A stretch of 64,000 bases of DNA from a virus, in IMG/VR virus record IMGVR_UViG_3300025141_000021; one strand, written 5' to 3'. Shown here in pieces: positions 1 through 13,100 of this stretch. The stretch's first letter is position 1; each line of letters starts with the position of its first letter. The position numbers were made by a program, and so were the translations under genes. The notes below the pieces were generated by a model, which was given only the letters and a program-made list of their open reading frames with translations, ran no database searches and was not told the DNA's origin.

Positions 1-3000
1 TTTTGATAAAGACTCCCATTTTTCTTTTCCATTGCCATCATATCCTTTAAGTACTTCAATTTTCATAGAAAGCCCAGAGCTTAAACGTTTAGAAGGCGGG
101 ATGGGATCAAACTCGGATGCAAGATTCTTTGTCGGCGGTCCTTTTAACTTTGTTGATAATCCGGTATTTGCCACCATTGTTGGTTGTATATCCCTTGATC
201 CATGAAGTCCATTATAAATATCTCCTTGAATTAAATTTATTAAAACATCTGCAGCTGCAAGTTCAGCATCTTCTAATTCTGCACTTTTAGATTCACATGC
301 AAATTCACACTCCGGTTCCGGATTTGGCAAGAAGTTCTCTCTTGAAAATCTTGTGCCGGGGCCCAAAAAGACTGATGCATCTAATTTTGGACCGGGTTCC
401 ACGACACTTACCCGTGGAGGGTCAGGGGCGAAACGAACTGGTTCTGTATCCCCTTCGTCGAAGCGGCGGCCTACACCTCGATCAGCCTCAGCCTTTTCTG
501 CAGCAATTTCGCGGAGCGTCTTGGCCGTATCAAGTATACGAGGTACCGCTATTGAAGCAGCCGAAAGGGTGGGATATGAGCGAACTATATTCGTGCTTTT
601 TCGGGATTTACGTGCTTTGCGACCAGGATTGATATCTGATATTGGTAGAACAATTATATTCTTTTTTGCCAATATTGCTGTTAAATTATTAACTTTATTA
701 ACTCTAGCTTGGCTATATTTACCCTTTCGGGTTTTCTTAGATCGGCTTCTTCCTTTGCCTCGCCTTGCTCCGGACATTGGTTTTTGTGGTGATTCTTTTA
801 AAGAATTATAACCTAAAGCGGCCACTTCCATTTCTTCGTGCAATTCTGCTTTTTCTTCCTTAGTCATATCTTCATCAATTAAGGAAACAGATTCAAAACC
901 ACTAAAGTTTATATTTGAGGGAGATAGGTCAGCAAATTCAGACATCTCGCCTTCTCGATTTGTTTCTTCTAGGCCAATGCGTTTCTCAATTTCTTCTTGA
1001 TCGATAATTGTAGCCCCTGTTGATCCAACGTTGGAGGCCATAGGCCCAGCAGACAGATAATCAAAGCCAGTACCAGAAGGAATATTTGAATCATAAATTT
1101 CCGAAAATCTTTTTGTTATTTTCACCAATGCCGGCGTTTTTTTAGTGGCAAATCTTGCAGGCGCAACTGGTCGATCTGCGTTATTGCTGCTTGGTCCACC
1201 TCTAAGAACCTTAATATTAAGTGTTTTTTCCAATTCTTTAATTAGATGAGATACGACTTGTACAAATGTCAATACTCCCTGCGCATTTCCATTAGCAGGG
1301 CTAATAAATATAGAAAGCTTTCTTTGAAGATTTTGCATGAGTTCTTCATTATCAGATGACAAAAAATCAAAATTTGTAATATATGCGTCAACCCACTGTG
1401 CTCTCTTTCCTTCGTGATTTTGGGTTCCATAGGTTCCTTTAAATTCTTTTGTAAATCGATTTGTTACGATATTAAAATTAGTGGCCTTTGTACATATAGT
1501 ATAATACGCATCTATTTCTGTTTTAAGCGCAGTTAGCTCAATTAGTTTCTTTTTCAAGATATCTGCGCTCTTATCTTCTATTTCAAGCTCTACTTCGTAT
1601 TTATAATACCCATCAGTTACATCACTCATTGTTCTATCTAAACAAGTAAAATGTCTAATACCTCTATTTGTTCTTTTTGCAACCTCTCTTAAACTTCCGA
1701 CTGAATCAGAAACCATATTAAGCACTAATCCGGGGGTGTCTTTTGAAACAGCAATCATGACCGGTATGCTAAGCTCTTCGTTTAAACGCTTATAATCTCC
1801 GGAGCCCGGGCTGAAAAGTTTGCCGCCCTCTATGGCATTTCCAAGTCGATTTAAAGAAGGAGTACTTTCAACTCTATATCTCATAATTTTCATTGATCGG
1901 ATCTTAATATTTTTCAGAAGCTCGAATTCCGCTTCACGACCTGATCCATATAAATGACCATAATGTGTCTGATATTTCGCAATCTTAAGCATATCAACTC
2001 CGAAAAATAAGCTAGCTTGTTCTTCGGTATTCCTTGATATCAATGCATCTTTTATATAAATATGTTTTTCGGCAACCCCTAATTTGTTGTTTTTTATCAG
2101 TTTTTTGCTTAATGGCGTGAGGGCACCTTCTAAAAGTGATCTAATTCCAAATGCGTCTTCTGAAGTTGACCCTAGGCTTAGCCTTTTAATTCTTAAGACA
2201 TCTCTAAAATCTTGTATGTTAATTGATGCTCCATCGGCCCGAGCAGTTTCTATTCTATCTGGCTTTACTATCGTATGTGCGTGCCCATCTGCCTGCACCA
2301 CCATCCAGCCAGTAATTCCATGTTTGTGGGTTGTCTCGGCCCCGTCGGCGTCGACCTCGGTTACCATCATGGCAGTGCCGGTGCCTTTGTTATCGATAAC
2401 ATATGTATGATGATGCCCATCTTCTATAGAAGTAATTCCAGTCATTGGTTCAGTGATGGTTGTCTTTCCAACAATAAAAGAATCTTCAAGTACTCTTGCG
2501 GTAAGCATTTTTCCATACATTGGTACCGGAAGCGCCTCAAGTGTCATACCAAATTCTTCCGATATTGCTTTTGTGTCCAAATATGGAATAATGTGATACG
2601 ATAAATATTTTAAATCGTCGCTCTTTCTTTTTATTGGAAACGATATATCAATTGGAATTTGGAATATTCTCACTCCGCGGGAATTGATTGTGTTTGAATA
2701 GTTGCCAAATTTTAAAGCGATATCCCCCACTCCCCCCACAACTTCTTGTGATGGATTTATCGAACGAATCCTCATATCATCATCTACGAATAATAGAGCT
2801 TGTTTTTTGTCCCGTTCTGGCAAATCTTGGATTAGATCGCGTATCCTGTTTGGGCTAAGTTCAGAAAGATTACCATTTCCTATTATTTTTAATATGCCAA
2901 GCTTAGCTTCTCTCATAAGCTTGCTGGAATACTCAGCATCGATGCTTTGAACAATTTTAAGTTTAAGATATTTGGCATACTTTCCGGTTATCCAAGATCC

Positions 3001-3150
3001 TTTGCCCTTGCGGCCAATCTTTTCTTGAAGCATTAAACTTATCATTATTAAAAGGCCGCCGTCATTAGCTGTTTCTAATACAATTTTTTCAATAGCCGGG
3101 AGCGGGGCTATGGAATTAATTAATTTTTTAAATCTACCGTTTGCAGCCAT
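1..3150 (-). CDS. Large putative virion protein (>1050 aa, truncated by window edge) with a His-rich HxH module
   Basis: Manual translation from ATG at 3150 (MAANGRFKKLINSIAPLP...) stays open to position 1 (...GKEKWESLSK). It starts 12 nt after the stop of the 315-aa gene. It is absent from the ORF track because there is no stop codon in the window. Confidence 0.85.
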   Translation of the reverse strand, partial: MAANGRFKKLINSIAPLPAIEKIVLETANDGGLLIMISLMLQEKIGRKGKGSWITGKYAKYLKLKIVQSIDAEYSSKLMREAKLGILKIIGNGNLSELSPNRIRDLIQDLPERDKKQALLFVDDDMRIRSINPSQEVVGGVGDIALKFGNYSNTINSRGVRIFQIPIDISFPIKRKSDDLKYLSYHIIPYLDTKAISEEFGMTLEALPVPMYGKMLTARVLEDSFIVGKTTITEPMTGITSIEDGHHHTYVIDNKGTGTAMMVTEVDADGAETTHKHGITGWMVVQADGHAHTIVKPDRIETARADGASINIQDFRDVLRIKRLSLGSTSEDAFGIRSLLEGALTPLSKKLIKNNKLGVAEKHIYIKDALISRNTEEQASLFFGVDMLKIAKYQTHYGHLYGSGREAEFELLKNIKIRSMKIMRYRVESTPSLNRLGNAIEGGKLFSPGSGDYKRLNEELSIPVMIAVSKDTPGLVLNMVSDSVGSLREVAKRTNRGIRHFTCLDRTMSDVTDGYYKYEVELEIEDKSADILKKKLIELTALKTEIDAYYTICTKATNFNIVTNRFTKEFKGTYGTQNHEGKRAQWVDAYITNFDFLSSDNEELMQNLQRKLSIFISPANGNAQGVLTFVQVVSHLIKELEKTLNIKVLRGGPSSNNADRPVAPARFATKKTPALVKITKRFSEIYDSNIPSGTGFDYLSAGPMASNVGSTGATIIDQEEIEKRIGLEETNREGEMSEFADLSPSNINFSGFESVSLIDEDMTKEEKAELHEEMEVAALGYNSLKESPQKPMSGARRGKGRSRSKKTRKGKYSQARVNKVNNLTAILAKKNIIVLPISDINPGRKARKSRKSTNIVRSYPTLSAASIAVPRILDTAKTLREIAAEKAEADRGVGRRFDEGDTEPVRFAPDPPRVSVVEPGPKLDASVFLGPGTRFSRENFLPNPEPECEFACESKSAELEDAELAAADVLINLIQGDIYNGLHGSRDIQPTMVANTGLSTKLKGPPTKNLASEFDPIPPSKRLSSGLSMKIEVLKGYDGNGKEKWESLSK

Positions 3151-3162
3151 TTGTTTGTTTTT

Positions 3163-4110
3163 CTACTCCTTGGTAAAAACGCTTTTCGCTTTTCTTCCTG
3201 GATGTAAGGCCCTTATTGTTTCTTTTGGTATTTCTGAATCAATCGAAACCTCCATATAATATTCAACACTAGTATTATCAGTTTCATATTCGATTTCTTG
3301 AATTTCGTTTGGATCCAATAATAAATTATTCTGTACTAAAGAAGTTCTCTTCGCAAAAGATAGGGGAGTTAATTCCTCATGAAGATCGCTTCTGGTAATC
3401 CCGGGCGTTGTTTGACCACCAGTAACATCTTCAACTTCAAAAACTTCAATATCAAAATTTTCGTTTGTAAATAATGAATTGTTTTCAAGTACTTCTAAAA
3501 TAATTCTCTCTTTAGTACCCCCCATATTAACTGAAGTACCATCATATTCAAGCTCATATTCGATATCTGCATCTAGTTGTGGGATTCTAAAGTTTGGATG
3601 TGATCCTGTAGAATAGCTAACGGAACTTGAAAGTTCTCCAGCCAAAAAATTAATTGCCCATGATGGTAAAAATTCTGAATTTAATTCAGATGTTCCCAGT
3701 GGTGCGCCCAGAATATACGCTTTCTCTGCAGTTGGTGGAGGGAGCGGCTTGGGCTCGCGGTAAACCTGATACAACGTGCTGGCACGGCGCGCGGTTCCAG
3801 GTGGGAGGGCGGGATGCTGGAGGAAGTGGCGCTTACTTACCTGCGTTTCTGCGCCAGTATATATGTGTTGTACACGAAGATTTGGAGTGTCGTCTTGAAT
3901 TCTGCCCTCTGTTGCATTCTGTGCCTCAGATACAGGCTCGGGGTCATGACCGGGAGTCAAAGTCGGCGCGCTGTATTGTATATCATACAAAATGTCATCA
4001 TCAAAAAAAGCATAATATGTTGGACGCCATTTGCCCTTGGAAAGCAAAGTTTTTCCATATTGGGTTAGCTTAATTTCAATTACTTCTTCTTTTTTATTAA
4101 AAAATGTCAT
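3163..4110 (-). CDS. Putative baseplate/tail structural protein (315 aa)
   Basis: ATGA-coupled to the 3986-aa gene. N-terminus (KLTQYGKTLLSKG...YYAFFDDDILYD) resembles tail-fibre/baseplate attachment domains; this is a weak resemblance. Confidence 0.5.
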   Translation of the reverse strand: MTFFNKKEEVIEIKLTQYGKTLLSKGKWRPTYYAFFDDDILYDIQYSAPTLTPGHDPEPVSEAQNATEGRIQDDTPNLRVQHIYTGAETQVSKRHFLQHPALPPGTARRASTLYQVYREPKPLPPPTAEKAYILGAPLGTSELNSEFLPSWAINFLAGELSSSVSYSTGSHPNFRIPQLDADIEYELEYDGTSVNMGGTKERIILEVLENNSLFTNENFDIEVFEVEDVTGGQTTPGITRSDLHEELTPLSFAKRTSLVQNNLLLDPNEIQEIEYETDNTSVEYYMEVSIDSEIPKETIRALHPGRKAKSVFTKE

Positions 4111-7100
4111 TCGTCATCAGCCGTCCTTGAAGGTGATTTTTCTTTCAACGTACTCAGTCCTTCTCGTCTACGACGCCGTCGCCCTTCCCGTTCATTGATT
4201 GTCCCATCCTCATCCACCAAGGGTTCTCCGGATTCTGGTGCCGGGCCGCGACCAGCGGTTCGAACGGGATTTTCAATTGGTTCGAAGCTTATTTCGGCAT
4301 CTATCTTAATTAGCTCAACTAACGAGAAATAATCATAGGGCCAGTTAAAACTGTAGTTTGGTACCACATCTCTTTGAGAAGCTGCATCGGCACCTTCGCC
4401 AAGCCGGAAATTAAACTTAAATCGTGAGTCATCTCGCGTATCTGCTGTCTTCGCAAAGTAGTTCTTCTTCGCCTTCTGTTTAACTTTGAAAACCATCCAC
4501 TGTAATCTACAGGGCACTCCAGTTTCTCCAAAGAATTCTCTTTCAAATAGTGGGTGATCAACTACTGCTTCAGCAGCTTGATCGGAAGTTCCTCGATCTT
4601 CAAAATCTTTGCCAATGTCTGGTGGCAGATTTTGCCATATATCAGCTAGGTCTTGTTTCGATAATGTATGTTCGAACTCAAAAATGTACATTGCAAATGG
4701 CGGAATTCTTCTATTTGTTAAGAAATCTAAACGTGGAGGAAATACATAACGCTGCATCTTCTCAAGCATGTCTTTGGTAGATTTGCTTATTGTCTCTCCC
4801 GCGGGGAGTGGTTCCTCTCCAAGTGCTATTTTAAGATTTTTTCTCTTAATGGTAAAGAAGTTACGCCTTCTGCCCTCTTCTATAAACGGAATTGCGACAA
4901 CGGCTTCGCGAATGATCTTTTCATCTGCGATCTGGCCAATCCTTTGTGGCTCATCGGGGAAACCAACAAGATCCACTAGTGAACCAGAGGCGCCACCATG
5001 CTTAACATCTTTAAGCTGCATCCATATTCCTTCACTGCCGGTACAAAGTTGTCCATATTGGTGCCACATTCCTCTAGAGGCTGTAAGTGCCGAGTTCTCA
5101 TTTGGATCAAAGCCCATAGTTTGGTCGACATTAGCAAAGTTTAATACTGGAGTTTCATATTTGCTTTGAATAACCCAAGCCTCAATTGGTGTTGAGGGAT
5201 CATCCGAAACTGTTGCGGGTCGGCCAGTCAATGCTTCAAACTGGGTCGCATTAATCTTGGCCTTTTCAAAGAAATTAATTGAAGCGGTCAATTTCATTCT
5301 CTGATCCCAGAAGCCAGTTTGGCTCTTTATATCTACAACTCGCTCCTGTACCGTAATCGACGAGCTAGCTAAAATCTCAGAAATTGAATATCTCTTACTT
5401 TCATCTGGGGAGAAATCAATCTGTGTCCAAGTTTGCACTTTTCCTTGGGCGCCTAGGCCACCGGCGCTGATTTCGGCGCCAGAGCCAGTTGCGTGGAACC
5501 ATGGAGGGCTAAATGGAGAATATGTAATTCCCTGAGTGCCGGGGCCGGCATTGGCTATGCCCGGGGCATCGGTACCGCACGGTGGGCCAAATGCAGATTC
5601 CCTATCATACATAACAGTGTCCTTGTTTCTAGACATGTATAATCTCATTGAATACGTTGTTCCGCCTATCGCCTCTACAAGATCGCTACTTGGCCTTGAA
5701 ACAAAGGTAGTAGCTCGGCCGTCTTTAAGGAAAAAGTCCATGGATTCTGCTAGGAAATTATGCATCGCCATACTATAAAGAGGCTTCGGAGCTAAGTTAC
5801 CGACACCTACGTGGTTTTTATCAGGTCGATGGTCTACAATCTTGCCGGCACCATAACCGAGTTTCACAATCGGAGTCAGCCGTCCCAAAGTTGAACTTGG
5901 GTGTGGCTCAACATCACATATGAAAGGTGCTGCTAGATATCTTTCGGGCGCTAATATAGCTTCAAATGGTAGCCGCTGATCAAACCCTACAGTAGCTATC
6001 ATCCCAGTCCCAATACCAGAATGTTTTAACAATCTAGCCTCATTGCCGTCGCCGCCGACAGAATATTCGGCCATGGATCCGGAGAAAATTATTGTCTCCA
6101 GCGCCTCTTCTCCAAGGGCTCCAGAGGCTTTCGTAGCAATTGGATAATCGACTGCAATCCCGGATTTAATTGTATTATATAAAATACCAGGAGCAATAAA
6201 TGGAGCGTAGAACGTTCTCGGATGGCCGGCCGAAGGGGCGGTAGCTCTAGAGGCTGTTGTGACCAATTGGTGTCCATATGATTTTGAAAGAAGCGTTGCT
6301 AACTGCATAGTTCTAAGCGCTGGATAAAATCCGTCATATGGAAGGAACTTGAGAAGGGCTTTGCATTCAAGCGCAATGCCTGATGGGGCATGTGTATTTT
6401 TGTGCTGTTCCCCAATATCTCCGAAATGCTCCAGGAAATCAGTATGACTGTATACCTTATAAAATTCCGATTCCAAACTGCTTGACAATTGAGATCCGGT
6501 AAGAGTAAGCATGCCTTGCGGGCCGCCCAATTGAATGGATTGTATCTTTGCGCCCTTTGGAGCAGTATTCCTATTCTCAGTATCGGCCATAAAGTTGCCG
6601 CCTTGCTCCACAACGTAAAACTCCATATGCTCGCTAATTCTAAATTCCGGAACAATTGCATATGGGTGACCCTGGCCTCTTGTAAAGGCTCGCATTTCTT
6701 CAGCATATTCTGCATAGTCTTTAGCCCAGAATGGATATTTTTTGGCTTGGTCACCAGCTTCCCAAAGTGCGTCACCAACAAACACATCCGGATTTGCTAG
6801 CGTGCCACTGGGAACTCTTCTTGCGTAAACTGGTCCCACGGCAAACTTCTTGTGCCCGGGCAATGAGGCTGAATGAGAACCAGATGACATATAGAATGTG
6901 TAATTATTCTGTAGTTCTCCTGCGCCATCTTGGCTGTGACTAAGTTCGTTAAAATAACTCTTACCGGTACGGCCCTGTGCAGGGTTGCTCTCTATCCCCC
7001 CGGCATAACTCGAACCTCTGGTTGATCCACCAGCATTGCCAACTGTATCATGCGATCCACTGCGCCACGAAGTAGCTGCCACTGTTTTTGAAACAATGCC

Positions 7101-10100
7101 GCCCCAGAGATGACTACTTGTGTTGAAATTAATTCGGGCATCGAGTGGCCATATACTCTGAGTTAAGTGAGTATAACCCATAGAGTTCGTGTGATAGATT
7201 CGCGATCTACTGGGTGTCCTTAGATTGGCTTGGCCTCTTTTATCGATATTAATCTCACTTCGATCCTGAGACCCGGTCCAATTTAGGCCTGCTCCCCCGC
7301 CTCTTTCATTGTGCCAATAGCTTACATCAAATGTTAATCTTCCTCGCGATCTAGCTTTATGTGCACTAATTTGTCGAGGGAATATTGTTTCACTATAAAG
7401 TATACCATTTACAGTAGCTCTTCCGGTATTGCTTAACTCGACCAATTCGTGCAACGATTGTTTGGATCCACAATCGGATATTCCCAGTCTGTTGTTTAAA
7501 TCGATATTGTCAAATTTAACTAAGTTGTTTGCATAAGTGTGTTTAAGGGCAAAAGAGTTTCCGCCATTGGTAATTACATGAATAAGCGGTTTAAATTTGG
7601 AAACCACCACCGATTCGCTATAATGTGCTACACCGGGACGGAGTTTCTTCGTGTGCACATTGTTGCGGTTTACAATAACAACTGGTGTTTCCATAACGCC
7701 AATAACGTTATTTCTTCTCTGCCATCGCGCAACAGGATGCTCGCCAGTTCTTATTTGCTTCCAACTAGGATATTGATATGGGCCATTCCGATGTATTAAC
7801 ACACTATTGAGAAGATCTTCTTCTCGTATGATTGGTTTATTATTTTGCCCCAATCGCCATGTCGGGCTTCTCATATTTAAAGTACCGCTGTGAGATACAG
7901 CCAAAGAAGAGAGAGGGCGAATTTTCTGCCGTTCAAAAGAACTTGTATTTTCGTAATACGTTAAAGAAGCGCCCGGGGTTCCATGAGCCAATGGGTACCC
8001 AAGAGTTGCCGCTGAGCCAGAAATAGGCTCATAAATAATTGTATTCAAGCCAACCGAATCATTGAATATATCTTTCTGGTTTAGATCGGCACGGCCAATT
8101 TTCCCAAACTTTTCTCGGGCAACCAGCATGCTGCCAGAAAAATTGACTTGTCTAAGGTTTCCGCCATGGAAGCCCTCTTGAATACCACCTCCAGAGCCAG
8201 AAACAGTTGCATCAGATCGAAGGGCCCCATTGGGTACAGCGTGGTGTCCATTACCTGACATGTCATAAAATATATTGCCGGGACTACCAGAAACAGGATG
8301 AACATCCCAAGAACCCGCACCAGAGCCATCGGTGGAATCTCTATTTGACGGATTATTAATGTCATACCCATCACCTAGGGGCCACCAAGCTACCAAATTA
8401 TCAGCTGCGGAATGCTTTGTATAATCAAATGGAGATCCGTCATTATATAATTCTGATACTTCGTCAGCTGAAAGCGCTTTATTAAAAATAACGAAATTGG
8501 AAACACTCCCAGACATGTTCAACTCTCCATATTCGGCCTCACCGCCGGCGTCGTTCTCAGCCGATCCAGCTCTACGACTGCCGGTCAGATTTCCAATAAA
8601 GCAGCCTTGGCCATGGTCGCTCATTGTAATTCCCGTACCGTGGTGAGCCACAAAGTTCTGGGTACCTTCCATTGTTGGGCTAACTGCAGCGCTATCCTTG
8701 TAGTAAGCTTGCACCGCAGGGTCGGATCCATATCCACGATTTTCATTGACAGTAATCAAGAAGTGTGTCCAATGGCCGGCCTCTAGGCCGGTTCCCTCCT
8801 TGAACTGCGACCACTTACTGTCGCCGACGGCGAAGTTCATACTTTGTGGAAAACGATTCGAGCCTTCAGCTTGGTAACTGCCAGACCCCTGTTCTCGATA
8901 ATATATCGAAAAATCGTGAGCCGAATTGGTCATGAGTTTATAGTTTCTACCAAGAACCCATAATACTGCGTTATCTCTACCTTTGTTTCCTCCGTAACGA
9001 TGCAAATAATAATTTTCTGTAAGATAGTAATAGCCGCCAATTGTAAACGAACCAGTTCCGCCGGCAATTAAATTATTCCATTTCGCAGCTGTTCCAAGAA
9101 AAATTGCTCCAGTCAAAGCGTGAGCCCATGTTCCATCTGCTCCGGCAATTCGCACATCAACATTTTCATTCGCAGTGTTGCCAGAATTAAAAGTCACACA
9201 TCTGCTGCTAAAATTTGTCCCAACTGTCACAGCAGAAGCACTTTGGAATGTAATATCTGAAGATGACGTTGCATATCCAAGAGTTGCTTCTTCAGCAGAG
9301 GCAGTAATCCAAGCGTACTGTAGATCGCTTTGTGGAATTGGGCGCTGCACAAACCAATTATCATATACTGTGCCGGTTGTTACCGTATTGGTGTCATCTT
9401 GCCACTCATCTCGGTAGCTTGCAGTGCCGTTAAATTCAAGGCGCCTTCTCGTATTTCTGTGTACCTTGTGGAAAGATGGGTAAGCAACGTAGTCATACCA
9501 AAGCGTACTGCCATAAGTGGCATCAGCGCCGAACTTGTGGCTGTGGTCCGACAGGAGCGTTCTTAGACCTCTCCGCTTGCCCAGATGGTCAAACACCCTT
9601 AACGAGCCCGTCTCGCCGCTCCCAGAGCCTCTAACGGACATGTTTCGCCATGGATAAGCATTGTATGCAGAAAACTCTTCGTGAGCAGGATCTAGATAAC
9701 CCCTTGAATTTATTTTATATCCGCCAGGAGCAGAGAAACGCTCAACAATAATGGATTTATTAGAGGCTGATCCTGTTCGTTGTGGTAGTTCGTAATCTAA
9801 ATTACCACTAAGATTCTCTGTAGTGCCTCCTATAACCGGGGGCGATTTTACTGTTATTGCTGAAGCACCTGAAGTTCCGTGAAATCGACCCATTTGATCA
9901 TGAATTGCACCATTATATGTGTCTCCTGAATCATCTCCCATCTTCCACCAAGCATGGAGATTTTTAACAAATCCAAGCGCTTTTAGGTTATGTCTTCGAC
10001 CATTGTTATAGACTTCTTTAATCTCATTGGCAGAAAGGGCTTTGCTCCAGACAGCAAAATCACACATATTTCCGGGCCAGTTGTCGTCGCCGTCATAATA

Positions 10101-13100
10101 AGAGCCAATCGTACAGAGTTCACCATCGGGTATGTCGTAAACAGTGGATCCTGCGCTACCGCCGGTACCGGACTGACTTCCATCGATATAGATTTTCATA
10201 TCCCCAGCATGACCACCTTCGTAGGTTACGACTACGTGCTGCCAAGTATCAGCCACTATGGCATTCGTCGCGCTGTCCGTAGTAGAGACGCCCCCGTAGC
10301 CGCGAATGCCAAAGCGGATCGTATCGGGCCAGCCGCTCCCCCACGTTTGCAGGTAGCGCCGTTGATTACCAAAAGCAAAGAAATAGGGGTATGTATCGCC
10401 TATAGTAGTGGGGTATACCCACATCGAAATCGAAAATGCTGCTACGGAGGCGACGGCGGAGTTTCCGCTGGTGTCACCGCCGCCAATAACTGGATCCCAG
10501 GCAGAGCCGAGACCGATGTTCACAAAATCATTGCTGCCATCAAAAAGTAGTGATTTGTGGTCAGGTGTTTCAGCAGGAAGTCTCCCGCGAGTACCAAGTG
10601 CCTCTGAACTAGTGGCAAAAGTAAAGGATTGATCCCTAAAGAACGGATCGTTTATCGATCTGCCAGAGGTCTGAACAATCTCGTAGTTTCTCGTATAGTT
10701 TCCGATCTTCGTTCTTAAAGCGGTGCCCGGGCCAGAACTGGTGGCCTGTTGAATATTGCGAATGTTTACTGGCCGCTTGGCGTATTCTGGGCGTGTGTAA
10801 ATTGCGCGAGGGCGATGGACGATTAGCGGGAACGACGGCTGGCTAGTGTCATAGCGGCCATTGGCCAATTTCGGTGCATCAGGATACGGATAATCTGCAG
10901 AAACAAAGGCGATGGCGCCGCTTCTTGCGGATTGACCGGACATAGCACCACCAACTTTTTGTTCTATTGTTCCAAATAATAGAAGCCAAGCTTCTGGTCG
11001 ATTTGAAATATCATCACTACCAGTATTGATTTCAATGTGCCTATGTTGTCGGCCACCGACATATCTTTCGGTAAACGGACCTTGCATTGGTATTTCATTT
11101 TGATTGGCATATGTGTCTGAGTGCAAGTTTGTTATTTCAGTACCCGATAAAAATCCATCAACAACTGCTCTGTTGTAGCCAGTTTTCACTGATGAACTGT
11201 ACAAACTGAATGGAACAATTAACTCGCCCTTACCAGATTCATAACTTAGGCCCTCATTGTGAACATCTAAGCCCGGGAAATTTCTACTTGCGGCCGAACC
11301 AAATGCTAATCTTCTCTTTTCGTTAGGATGGATCCATAGTTCTGATTGCCTTCCAGTGTCGACATCACTAGCAAAACTAATTTGAATATTGGCCGGAATT
11401 GTGCTAGATTCACCAGAGCCCAAGCCCGTAGGCCCATGCGGTTGAACAGAGTTAATTACATAATCTCGATTCTTATTTATCGCATAATTCGTGCCGGCAT
11501 GAAGACCCGACAACTTACGAGAAATACCGCGAACACGACGTTGCGGAGCAGATCGATCCGGCTGGGCAATCATCATCGTCTTGTTTGGAGAAAGCCCAAT
11601 GACACCGGGGCCATGACTCATATCAGAATAGAATTTATGCTTAATTCCCTTTGCCAATTCGTTATTATATGATATTGAATACTCTACGCCATCTTCAGTA
11701 CGTCTGGATTTGCGCCTATTTCCTTTTCCTTCTGGCTTAGTCTCTGCACCGGTACCAACAGCCTCAAGCTTGCCAGAGCGCCTATCGATGCTAAATGTTT
11801 TGTTACGTTTAATCCTTCGAAGATTTTGTACTTGCTTGGACATAGATGAATTTTCTTGCCCCGGAGTAATCCTAACTGACGATCCAAACTCTGCTATATC
11901 CGATACCAACCTCACAAAGCCGGTAGACATGGGCTGAGCTTGAAGAGGATCAAACGGCGGAGGTTGAAATTCCCCAAAAACATATTCGACGCCGGCATTA
12001 CCAGCGGCCTTTGATTTTACGGTTGGCGGGCCGGGGAGGGGCTGGACCCATTCAACATCTTCTGCTGAAATATTTCCATATGGGGAACCATATGCTATCT
12101 CTTCTTGAACTGGCTGATGAAAATTATTCCAATCAAAGAAACTAGTGCTACCAATATCTACTGCAATCTCGCGATCAGAAGACATACCTTCCATTGTTGG
12201 GAACTTAGTTTTGTATATATTTCTCTCTAAAATGTGGCTTTCAACAACATTTCGTAGATTTTTTGCAAAATTAGCAGAGGCTGGAATCAGCTGTTCTAAC
12301 ATCTTGCTTAATGTATCGTCAACCCATTGATAATATGTTAAATATTTATCTAAATCTGGAGTATTTCCAATTCTCTCGAAAAACAATTGTCTTAACTTGG
12401 CCAGATCCTTGTATTCACCACGATATCGATTGATTGGCTCACCGACTAAATTATTAAAATCAAGAACGGATGCAAAGAAATTTAGTATTTCTTCAGATAT
12501 AGTTTGATAAAAACTCTTTTCAAATGCAAAGGAAAGATGAACTGGCCGAGAATCTCGCGTAGAGATTTCGTCATTTCTGTCTAATAGTGATATTGTATCA
12601 TTGCTGTAAAGATTTTCCGGAAGTTGAAGTCTTTGTGTATCGATATAATCGCGGTCGAGGACACCCGCAACGGCACTTTCCGGAAAGCCATAACCTTCTG
12701 CAGTGTGTTGATACTTAGCAACTGCGCCAGCCCAATTATATCTCTCTGATGCAATGGTGCTAGAACCAGAACTGTAATCAACAGCCGTAAATTTTCCTGA
12801 TGAGTCGGACCCTGTAAGCTGTTCAAAGTTCCAATGTAGCGCAAGGGTTTCCATTTCTGGAACTTGACCATATGTTCCTCCCCAACTGCTTCCTTGAATA
12901 TTATTCTCTAATAAATAAGCACTGCGATAAGGGTGATCTGTACCGAAATTGGCGGGGTCTCTAGAGTGCGCACGGATTACGTTTCCAGAGAGCGCAGTTG
13001 TCCAATATCTAATTGATGAAATTTTAGTATCAGTGTTGCTAAGCGCTGTACCGGTAAAATTAGTTCTGTGGGCGCCGGCATATATCTTTTTATTGGATCT

